From a virus: DNA of 64,000 bases. How positions within the stretch are numbered: the stretch's first letter is position 1; every line of letters begins with the position of its first letter. A model generated the notes under the pieces. It was given only the letters and a program-made list of their open reading frames with translations, was not told where the DNA came from and made no database searches. A program made the translations under genes and the position numbers. This document shows, one piece after another, positions 16,380 to 24,772 of the stretch. The DNA lies in IMG/VR virus record IMGVR_UViG_3300027965_000212, positions 2,313 through 66,312 of that record. One strand, given 5' to 3'.

Positions 16380-19300
16380 TATAGGCCTACGGGCGCGTTG
16401 TCGTTCGCGGCCGGATCAAGATCGCGCTCGAGCAAGTATGACCCCGGGCCAATGCAGGGCCTAGAGCCCATGAACGGACCATTCGGCGTGCCGATGTATA
16501 TTGGGCCGCAAATGTAAGGATCGCCGGAGATATCCGTGACGTTCTGCATCCATTTCGGCCCGTTCGGCAGAGCTGGAAGCCAATCAGTCATGAGCTGGAA
16601 TGTCCCGCCGGCGGTCATGGATTGCGGAGTCGAGACGGTCTGCTCGGTATCGATCGTGTAGTTCCCGCCGCCGAGCGAGGCGATCACCCGCGGCGTGCCA
16701 GTGAGTCCGGCGGCGATGACGTGGTCGCCGACCGCTATGGCGCCGCTGAGCCCCGAAGTCGACATGACACTGGTGCCCTGGCCGGTGTTGGGCGCGACTG
16801 TCGCGGTGAACGTCCCGTCGAAATCATTGCAACTCGCCGATGGTCCGCTTTTCCCGTGATTAGGATCATCGACCGATCGCCAGATCCCAAACTGCGAATT
16901 GTTGATATTGCCCTGCGGATTGTACCAGCCGGCGATGATGATCGATGGATAGCGCCCAGGCGCGGCCGGGGCGCCGACGCCGATCGCCAGCGTGCCGAAC
17001 CAATTCGGAACCTTGTGCATGATGACACTTGCGCCGGTCGGCGGCGTCGCCGGCGTATTGTTGTCGCCGTTGCATGCCCGCCAGAGCTGCCCCTGCGAGG
17101 TCGATTGGAACGGAACGAAATTGCCAGGAATCCACCAAAGATGACCTGACTCACCTTTCGGCTGCTTCAAGACAGAATTCGTCGCCGCATTCTGCAACCA
17201 TGATCCCGACGTTCCGCAGCATTGTTGATAGTTGACCACGGTGAGAGGGCCGCACCCCACGCTCTTGAGCAGGCCGGCGTTGAAATTGACATAGAAAAAG
17301 GTGTTCGGCTTGACCGTATCCGGGATGACGATCTGATCGCCGTCGTAATCGGCATTGATCCATCCCTGGTAGCTGAAGAGCATCGGCGCCCCAGTGAGTA
17401 TCTGGCGGCCGGCCGGCACTCCTGTGTTCTCGCCGGACGAGCTCGTCTGCAGCGTGATTTGCGAGCTGCCCGTATTAACGGAACCGATGACCGCATACAT
17501 CATGCGGCCATCGTCCATCTGGATGTTGATGTTTTGGCTCGGGAGAAGGCCAGAAGTGCTCGCCACGCCGAACGTGGCGGTTCCTGCGCCGTACGGACCG
17601 CCGGTGATCGTCGTCTGCACCTGCGGGCCGCCCGGCTGCCCGATGGCGCCGGGCAGCGCCACATCACTCCAACCGGCGACGGACGTGCCCCTGTCGATCG
17701 AGCAGCGCGGTGTGCCGTTGTCGCCGGGCATGACCACGAGATAGCTTCCGGAGGCCGCATAGGTGCCGCCCGGCGCGGCATAAGTCCGGGCCGTGCCTCC
17801 GCCCGCGTAGGGAATTCCGCTATAGGTCGAGTTCAGCAGCGTCGTGCAATTCGAGCTGATGTTGTTGGCCGTACCGACGAGATGACGCCCGTTCGCTTCG
17901 GTCGGCCCCTGCACGCCCGAGATGTCCACGAAGAAGTTCTTGTTCGCGCCCCACCCGCCGCCGCGCGAGTCCATCACGCAGATCATGATGTGACCGCTGC
18001 CGTCGTTTCCCACCGTGGTGATGTTGCGCGAATTGCTCCAATGGTCGGTCGGCGGCGTCGGATCATAGAACAGATATTGCGCGCCGGTGACGCCGGAGAG
18101 TTGCAGGCTCGCAGTAAACGTGACGCCGGCGAGATCGAACGTGGTCGGACTAGTCACGATGACTGGGTGGCAGGAGGAGCTATTTTGGCCACCCGATTGG
18201 CTCAATGCATTGCCGCCGACGATCCTGACGGACGCGATCGAGCACATGATCGTGCCCTGCCCGTTGTTCCACGTCGTCAGCTGGGCCGTCGAGTCGACCG
18301 TGATCTGCACCAGCCCGTTGTTCGGCCCGATGCTGGTGTCCTGCCCCACGTTCGCGGCCAGGATGGTCCTGTTCCAGCGGTTGAAGGGCTTGAAATTCGC
18401 GAATGTGGCGAAACCGTCGCTCGAATAGCCCGAGAAGTCCGAGCCCCCGGCGAGATTCGGCGAGGTCTTTGCGGCCAGGAAATTCGTGTATGGATCAAGG
18501 CCGAATCCGCTCGAATAAGCCAAACTGAATATCTGACTCAGCGGCGCGCAATTCCCCGGCGGAAAATTGACGATGCTGTAAGCGCAAGCCGAGACGTCCT
18601 GCATGCCCGCCGTGGCGCCGAGCGGATTCTGCACCACGATGCCTCCGCTCGCGACCGGATGCAGAATCCCACGCGATAGCGAAGTATAGGTGAAATTCCC
18701 GCTCTTGATCGCGTTGAATGTCGTGGTCCAGCCACCCTGACCGCCATCCTGAAAGAGATTGCCTTCGTTGATCGGATCAAACTCGATGTTATACCCTTGG
18801 AACGCCAGCCAGATCAGCCAGGGCGCGTCACCGCCAGCGTTCGGCGTGGTGTATGACGCCGGCCCGCTCCAAGCTCCCGTCGTCAAGCCACCCGTGGTCG
18901 ACCAGTAGAGCGACCCGGCGTTGTTCATCGCCACCATGTTGTTCTGGTTCTTGGGATCGATGGCGACCCATTTGATGCTCGCGTTGTTGATGACGATCGA
19001 CCAAGTACCGTGGCAGGAGCCCGCTCCGGGCGTGAAGGTCCACAACAGCCCGGTGCCATTGGTGCCGTTCGTTCCGCCGTCGACCACAAACAGCGTCCCG
19101 CCGGTGAGCGAGACCACCATGTGTTGGACCCAGGGCGGGCCGCCGCAGGCCTCAAAGAAAGTCGTGCCGCCGTCGTTGGTGCCGTAGATCGTCCCGACCT
19201 GAATGCTCGCAGAACTGAAGGTGCCGGGGTTAGTCGTCTTGTTGACGATGATCGTGGTGCCGCCGGTGCCAGCCTGCGTCTGATAGAGGCCGTTGTAGGC

Positions 19301-20449
19301 GGAAGGGCTCGCGCTCGTGACCTCGACGTAATCGCCGACCTTGATGCGCGATGACGCCGAAGTCGTGAACGTGATCTGCTGCGTGCCGCTGTTCCACGAA
19401 GCAGAGCTTACGCCCACCTGTTGAGCCGAAGCGGCATACCAGGTGTTCGTGACACCCGCGCCGTTGGTCCCAGAGCCAGGATCGTAAGCCAGGACGTAGG
19501 AGTCCGGCGATACGTTGGTGAACGGGATCGAACTCGGCGGAACCTGCTGAAAAGAGTTTCCCTTGTCCTGCGTGCGCCAGATGCCGAACGTCTGCGTGGC
19601 GACGATCACGCCATTGACACTGTTCGGGTCGCACTCGACGTAATTGCCGTTTACCCGATAGGTCCCGTTGCCGTTGTCTATCGGGAAGTTGATGTAGCCG
19701 CCGCTCGAATATGTCCCCGGGCTCGTGGCCTTGTTGACTACGACAGTGGTCCCAGACGTGCCTGGCTGGGTAACCAGGCCGCTGCTGGTGGAATTGAAAC
19801 CGCTGGGGCTGACACCGGCGATAACGACAGTCTCGCCGGGGTAGTAGTTTCCGCCCGTGACCGTAAACGTAATCTGCTGCGTGCCGCTGTTCCAGACAGC
19901 GCCGGTGATCGTCTCGGGCGGATCGAAACCACCGCCGCCGAGCTCGTTGGTGTTCTGCCAGAGGAGTGTGGCGTCGGGATTCGCGGGATTGAATGGACTC
20001 GCCGGGTTCGTCCTGAAGACGAATCCCTGGCCATACATGAAGGCCGTGCCCTGATCCTGCGGCGATCCGCAGGCGCCTATCGCGACCAAGCCTGAGCCTT
20101 GGAACGTCTGGGTCGGCCCCGTTGTCGGCGACACGCCGAAGCAGGAGCCCGGCGTGACAAAGTTCGGGACGTCGCACTTGGCGCTCGCCAGCGCTACATT
20201 CGAGAATATCTGGTGCCACGAATTGTCGTTGGTCCCGAACACATATGCGCCGGAGCCATCGGGCGAGACGAAGTGCACCCCCGTGTTGAGCGCCCAATGC
20301 TGATGCGCGTTGAGCCCTCCGCCCCAAAGCCCGGCCGCCTGGAACGGCACCGTCCCGACGTTGCCGTGCGAGGCCGAAAGAGCTTGGCCGCCGAGGGCCT
20401 GAACCCAGACGGTGACCGCAATAAATACGAACGCGATTCTCCGGATCAT
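16367..20449 (-). CDS. 1360-aa exported GH74/xyloglucanase-like beta-propeller protein with inserted beta-sandwich repeats
   Basis: Signal peptide; GLWGGG...SPDGSGAY; Asp boxes; GAPAAPGRYPSIII..GIWRSVDD...GDPYICGPIYIGT. Confidence 0.7.
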   Translation of the reverse strand: MIRRIAFVFIAVTVWVQALGGQALSASHGNVGTVPFQAAGLWGGGLNAHQHWALNTGVHFVSPDGSGAYVFGTNDNSWHQIFSNVALASAKCDVPNFVTPGSCFGVSPTTGPTQTFQGSGLVAIGACGSPQDQGTAFMYGQGFVFRTNPASPFNPANPDATLLWQNTNELGGGGFDPPETITGAVWNSGTQQITFTVTGGNYYPGETVVIAGVSPSGFNSTSSGLVTQPGTSGTTVVVNKATSPGTYSSGGYINFPIDNGNGTYRVNGNYVECDPNSVNGVIVATQTFGIWRTQDKGNSFQQVPPSSIPFTNVSPDSYVLAYDPGSGTNGAGVTNTWYAASAQQVGVSSASWNSGTQQITFTTSASSRIKVGDYVEVTSASPSAYNGLYQTQAGTGGTTIIVNKTTNPGTFSSASIQVGTIYGTNDGGTTFFEACGGPPWVQHMVVSLTGGTLFVVDGGTNGTNGTGLLWTFTPGAGSCHGTWSIVINNASIKWVAIDPKNQNNMVAMNNAGSLYWSTTGGLTTGAWSGPASYTTPNAGGDAPWLIWLAFQGYNIEFDPINEGNLFQDGGQGGWTTTFNAIKSGNFTYTSLSRGILHPVASGGIVVQNPLGATAGMQDVSACAYSIVNFPPGNCAPLSQIFSLAYSSGFGLDPYTNFLAAKTSPNLAGGSDFSGYSSDGFATFANFKPFNRWNRTILAANVGQDTSIGPNNGLVQITVDSTAQLTTWNNGQGTIMCSIASVRIVGGNALSQSGGQNSSSCHPVIVTSPTTFDLAGVTFTASLQLSGVTGAQYLFYDPTPPTDHWSNSRNITTVGNDGSGHIMICVMDSRGGGWGANKNFFVDISGVQGPTEANGRHLVGTANNISSNCTTLLNSTYSGIPYAGGGTARTYAAPGGTYAASGSYLVVMPGDNGTPRCSIDRGTSVAGWSDVALPGAIGQPGGPQVQTTITGGPYGAGTATFGVASTSGLLPSQNINIQMDDGRMMYAVIGSVNTGSSQITLQTSSSGENTGVPAGRQILTGAPMLFSYQGWINADYDGDQIVIPDTVKPNTFFYVNFNAGLLKSVGCGPLTVVNYQQCCGTSGSWLQNAATNSVLKQPKGESGHLWWIPGNFVPFQSTSQGQLWRACNGDNNTPATPPTGASVIMHKVPNWFGTLAIGVGAPAAPGRYPSIIIAGWYNPQGNINNSQFGIWRSVDDPNHGKSGPSASCNDFDGTFTATVAPNTGQGTSVMSTSGLSGAIAVGDHVIAAGLTGTPRVIASLGGGNYTIDTEQTVSTPQSMTAGGTFQLMTDWLPALPNGPKWMQNVTDISGDPYICGPIYIGTPNGPFMGSRPCIGPGSYLLERDLDPAANDNAPVGLYQAA

Positions 20450-20452
20450 AGA

Positions 20453-21613
20453 TCAATCACCAAAGACGCGATTTCCGGCGCCGCCGGGCGCGTTGAAGGT
20501 GACGTTTGTGTTGCCACCGAGATTGAGCGAATTGTTCGCCGTCAACGACCCTGCGCCCGTCACGGTGATGTTGCCGACAGCGGCCCAATTCATCGTGTCG
20601 GCGCTACCCAGAGACAGCGTGGCGACCGCCGGAGTGGCCGCGTTTGTTTGCAGGAGCAGAGCGGCGCCCGAGGTCCCGCTCCAGGTGAACGGATTGGTGA
20701 TCGTGGTAGTGAGGCCGGAGGAGAACTGCAACCAGCTCGCATTTGTGAGCGTCAGCGTGCCGATGGTTGGGCCGCCCGAGATGACTACCGCCTCATGGGC
20801 GCTCCAATTGCTGTTGATCACGAGCGTCCCATACGACGCCGTGGTCATCGTCAAATTCAGCGACCCACTCGGGTTCGCCCCGGGCACGATTGCCAAGGTC
20901 GCCGAGGATCCGGTGATGGTCGAGCCGGTGATGTTCCAGATGATGCCGGTGGACCCCGTGAGCGTCCACGTCCCGGCTCCCATATTGATCGCGCCACCGC
21001 TGCCGGTGACAGACGGCGCCGTGACGCTAAAGCCGAGGGAATCGTCAAGCGTTCCATTGGAAACGGTCGGCGCCGATTGGTAGGTGAAGTTGTCCTGCTG
21101 CTGGAAGTCCCCACCCGCCCCGTTGTAGGTGACCGTTGGCAACAATTTTCCGGCGCTGGTGATCAGCGTCGTGCCGGAGGTCGACGTGAACGAAATAGTA
21201 CGCACGGCCGCCGGCGCATAGGTCATCCCGGGCACCAGCTTGAACAGGTTGCCCGTGATGCCGAGCGTAAAGCCGGCATTGTGGGTGAGCGTGCCGGTGT
21301 AGGGGCTTCCACTGCCGCCTGTGCCGCTCGCGTCCAGAGATCCGATCGTCAGGGCCGCCGCAATTGTCAGGTTACCAGCGGCGCTGTCGAGAATAACGGC
21401 ATCGCCGCTCGCGGGCAGACAAGTACACGAGCCGCCGCCTGAATTTTGCGACCATACGGTGTTGACGTTGCTGCTACCACCGCCCGGCGTGACGAAGCAC
21501 GTCCCAGTGCCGGTCCCGCAGCCGGTTGCCTCCGCGGGCGCCGCGCCAAAAACCTGCATTGCGACCAGCGCGGCCGCGAGCAGGCATCTCAACGCCTTGT
21601 CGAAAAAGCTCAT
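20453..21613 (-). CDS. Exported Gly/Thr-rich beta-helix-like protein
   Basis: Signal peptide ending APAEA; Cys cluster GCGTGTGTC..SCTC; W..P.SGDAVILD; passenger-like repeats. Confidence 0.7.
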   Translation of the reverse strand: MSFFDKALRCLLAAALVAMQVFGAAPAEATGCGTGTGTCFVTPGGGSSNVNTVWSQNSGGGSCTCLPASGDAVILDSAAGNLTIAAALTIGSLDASGTGGSGSPYTGTLTHNAGFTLGITGNLFKLVPGMTYAPAAVRTISFTSTSGTTLITSAGKLLPTVTYNGAGGDFQQQDNFTYQSAPTVSNGTLDDSLGFSVTAPSVTGSGGAINMGAGTWTLTGSTGIIWNITGSTITGSSATLAIVPGANPSGSLNLTMTTASYGTLVINSNWSAHEAVVISGGPTIGTLTLTNASWLQFSSGLTTTITNPFTWSGTSGAALLLQTNAATPAVATLSLGSADTMNWAAVGNITVTGAGSLTANNSLNLGGNTNVTFNAPGGAGNRVFGD

Positions 21614-21623
21614 CGCGGATCTC

Positions 21624-23267
21624 TTATTTGTAGCTGATATCGGCAATTATAGTGGAGGCAGGTACCGAGCTCGCATCGTTGTCGGCGATCGCCGCGGTGA
21701 TGCAGAAGCCCAACCCATTCAGGAACTGCTTGCCAATTGGAAATATCTGATTGTTCGCGCTGTTCGCGGGCGGGATCAGCACGGTCTTAAACACCAATGC
21801 CGAGTCGGTCGACGGCACTGGCGTCGACGCCTTGTCGTAGAACCGCAGGAAATAAGCGGTCGAGGCGTTGATATTCCCGGTCTGCGTATCCTCGAGCTTG
21901 CCCGCTGTCTGCTTCAAGTTCGTACAGTTGTTCGTATTGGCGGCGATCAGATGATAATTCGTTGATGGGGTCTCGCTGGTGAGCACGCGAACCGGACCAG
22001 GTGTGCGAGTAAAGGTCGCCTGCACGGTCGCAGTGCCTGTCCATGCCGCTGTCGCGCGCATGCGCACATTCGTCGCTCCCGCAGCAAGACAATTCAGGAC
22101 GGCGTTGGCCGTGACCGTGTTGGCAACGAACGTCGTGCCGTCCACGTGGCAAGGCATGACAACCCAGGTCGTGCCACCATCGACCGATTGATCCGCCTCA
22201 AGCGTGCCGGTCCAAGTGCCCGTGATCTGCACCTTGACCGTCGAAAGACCGTTCACAGCCTGCGAGTAGGTGGAGTTAGCTGTGGGGGCTCCGGTAATGA
22301 TCGATGCGCCATATTGGCCGGCGGTAGATGTGGAGGCCACATCTTGCGCCGTGATCGTCCCGCTCGCGGGTCGAATGTCTTGCGCCTCCACGATGGGCAA
22401 CGAGGATCCAGCGGCGGCCTGGCCCAACGAGATGTTAGCGCCGCCGACGCGATTCAGGCCCGTGTTCGTGTATCGACCGCCATTGAGATCGCAAGTGGCC
22501 GGATTCGTCTGCCCAGTGGTATAGCTGTTCGTGTTGTAGTTCGTTGCATTGAGGCACGGCTCCGCAGCCGTGAGGCTTGCATTCATTGTGGCGAGCAGAT
22601 TAGCGAGGTTTGAACCCGAGACTGCATCGACCTCGAAAGCTCGCGCCGCGGTGAGCGCGACAGTTCCTTGCTGCCCGCTGGTGAGCAACGTCGCCGCCGG
22701 ATTGTACTCGCCGCCCGATGGCGTGAACTGAGAGCTGGCATAGGTCCATGGCGCCGCATCTGTCACCGATAGACCGCCGCCACCTCCGCCTCCGCCACCT
22801 CCGCTCGATACACCACCTCCGCCGCCAGCAAACAACCCCGTGCCGCCGGCGAGCGCGATCAGATTGGAAGTGGAATCCGAGCCGCCCTGGTCGATACAGG
22901 CGACATGATCGTAATTGCCAACCTCGAAGGCCGCCTGCCCGCCATTCGGCGGGACCGGAATGTTGTTCCGCTGCGCAACAGCCGTTCCGGTCGCCGGCGT
23001 GCAGCTGACGAGCGTTGTGCCGTAGTTGGTTAGCACCACGGCAGAACCGCTGCCTGAGATCGGCAGCGCCGTCGAGGCCGACGACGAGCCGGTCGCGGTG
23101 AGCGTACCAAAGTTCAGATAGAGGAAGGTATGAACCGGGAGGAGGGAATCCGGTTGTCCCGCGCTGCTCACCTGCGCCAGCGCAGGCGCCGCGAAAGCGA
23201 GCCAGGAGAACGCAGCTGCATGCGCAGCGGTGCGCGGAAATCGTGGAATGCGCATAGTGGACCTCAT
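21624..23267 (-). CDS. Exported multi-domain beta-rich protein (547 aa)
   Basis: Signal peptide ending APALA; poly-Gly linker; SVDGGTTW; ATGA-coupled. Confidence 0.75.
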   Translation of the reverse strand: MRSTMRIPRFPRTAAHAAAFSWLAFAAPALAQVSSAGQPDSLLPVHTFLYLNFGTLTATGSSSASTALPISGSGSAVVLTNYGTTLVSCTPATGTAVAQRNNIPVPPNGGQAAFEVGNYDHVACIDQGGSDSTSNLIALAGGTGLFAGGGGGVSSGGGGGGGGGGLSVTDAAPWTYASSQFTPSGGEYNPAATLLTSGQQGTVALTAARAFEVDAVSGSNLANLLATMNASLTAAEPCLNATNYNTNSYTTGQTNPATCDLNGGRYTNTGLNRVGGANISLGQAAAGSSLPIVEAQDIRPASGTITAQDVASTSTAGQYGASIITGAPTANSTYSQAVNGLSTVKVQITGTWTGTLEADQSVDGGTTWVVMPCHVDGTTFVANTVTANAVLNCLAAGATNVRMRATAAWTGTATVQATFTRTPGPVRVLTSETPSTNYHLIAANTNNCTNLKQTAGKLEDTQTGNINASTAYFLRFYDKASTPVPSTDSALVFKTVLIPPANSANNQIFPIGKQFLNGLGFCITAAIADNDASSVPASTIIADISYK

Positions 23268-23584
23268 TGGGGATCCTGAGCGGTTGCGGGCGTACCGCCC
23301 GAAGCGGGCGCTTGGGGCGCAGGTGAGGGCGGCGGAGGCGCTGCGGGAGCCGCAGGCTTGGCCTCTTTCACCTTGGCGGAGAACTCGGCCAGGAAGGCGG
23401 AGACGTCGGCGCATGCAGCGAATTCCCGCCGCAGAAGCATTGCGCCCATGCAGCGATCCATCACCGGGCCGATATTCGACCATGCCATGAACTCGCCGTC
23501 ACTGATGGCGACCTGGCGATCGGCAGCTTGAGCGGGGAGCGCTAAAACCAGCGCAGCCGCGGCAATGACAGCGCGCGAGACCAT
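23264..23584 (-). CDS. Small exported protein with Cys pair and Pro/Ala tail
   Basis: MVSRAVIAAAALVLALPAQA signal peptide. Confidence 0.7.
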   Translation of the reverse strand: MVSRAVIAAAALVLALPAQAADRQVAISDGEFMAWSNIGPVMDRCMGAMLLRREFAACADVSAFLAEFSAKVKEAKPAAPAAPPPPSPAPQAPASGGTPATAQDPQ

Positions 23585-23608
23585 GCAGAGACCTTTTTTG
23601 AGGATGAG

Positions 23609-24772
23609 CTACGCAGACAGTGCGATGCCGCTCGCCGGCATGAAGGCCGGGTGGATGACCTTGTTTTCCGCGGCGAGCTCGTCAGCGCGAGTTGAATCCG
23701 CGTAGAGCTTCCAGGCCATCACGATCGAGGGCAGCGAGCGCGGGAAGTTGTAGGTCACAAGGCTCGGCAGCTGCAGCGCCCGCTGAACGAGATCGCGGGT
23801 GACGGAGCCATGCAAAGCAACGAGCGCCTGGTAGGTCCCGACGTCGCCGGAGTCCCCGACCGTCTCTTCCGCGCTCGAAAAATTCGCATTATTGGTCGCG
23901 ATCGCGGCGCTGACGTCGTTCGATGACGTGAACGTCGTCGCCGACAGGATGCGCGCGATCTCGACCAGCGCCATGTTGATGCCGGCATTAGCGACCGCAA
24001 TGCCGAGCGCGCCGCTCGGAGCCTCCGCCTGCATCGCTGAAAGCACATTGGTCATGCCCGCCAATGTCGCCCCGGCCGTCGTCGCCTGCTCGAATACCGC
24101 AAGCAGCGGCGTCCCAAGCGCGCCGGCACGGATATCGGCTTCCCCGTTCGACAAGAGGTCGCCGATCGCCAGGAAGAGGCTGCTGCCCGGAATGCCGATC
24201 TGCCCCGACACTACGCCGCGCAAAGTCGTCAGCATCTGGCCGAGCACGCCGACGGCTTCCGTGATGTTGGCAACCGTCGCGCCCGCCTGGAGCGCCGCGG
24301 AGATCGCGGTATCGAGCGCGGCGCCGACGGCCGTCCCGGTCGTCCCCGCAAGCATCCCGACCAGCGACTGCGTATCATCGACGACGTTCGCGCCAGGCTG
24401 CTGACCAGCCTCGACGAAGTCCATCTCGATGATGCAGATGCCGCCGCGCTCGCGCGTCTCGCTGGTCTTGAAAGTTCCGTAGACTGTGAACGTGCCGAGC
24501 GTCGGATGTATCAGGATCCCGGGGCCCTCGGCCTCGAGCTCCGCGATCAGCGCATCGCGCTCGAAGGTGTAGAGATCGCCCAGCACATAGCCGGTCACGG
24601 AAAAGCGCCGGGCCCGCCGCCCCATATCCTCGCTATACGGGATATCGAACTTCGGGAACTCGAAGGTCGCCGTACGCCGTCCGCCCGCGCGGGCGCCGGC
24701 GTCGACCTTGAACGGCACGCCGTTGAAGCTCGCCGGAACGAGATTGAGCCGCCAGAGCGGAGGGAACGTCAT
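23609..24772 (-). CDS. DNA circularization protein (Mu gp43/N-like)
   Basis: ASFNGVPF, GGRR..FEFP...EDMGR, GILIHPTLG, HPAFMP. Confidence 0.92.
   Translation of the reverse strand: MTFPPLWRLNLVPASFNGVPFKVDAGARAGGRRTATFEFPKFDIPYSEDMGRRARRFSVTGYVLGDLYTFERDALIAELEAEGPGILIHPTLGTFTVYGTFKTSETRERGGICIIEMDFVEAGQQPGANVVDDTQSLVGMLAGTTGTAVGAALDTAISAALQAGATVANITEAVGVLGQMLTTLRGVVSGQIGIPGSSLFLAIGDLLSNGEADIRAGALGTPLLAVFEQATTAGATLAGMTNVLSAMQAEAPSGALGIAVANAGINMALVEIARILSATTFTSSNDVSAAIATNNANFSSAEETVGDSGDVGTYQALVALHGSVTRDLVQRALQLPSLVTYNFPRSLPSIVMAWKLYADSTRADELAAENKVIHPAFMPASGIALSA

Noticed and set aside
6842-20449. Diversity-generating retroelement or invertible fibre cassette
   Set aside because: No reverse transcriptase, invertase or TR/VR pair seen; internal repeats are protein-domain duplications
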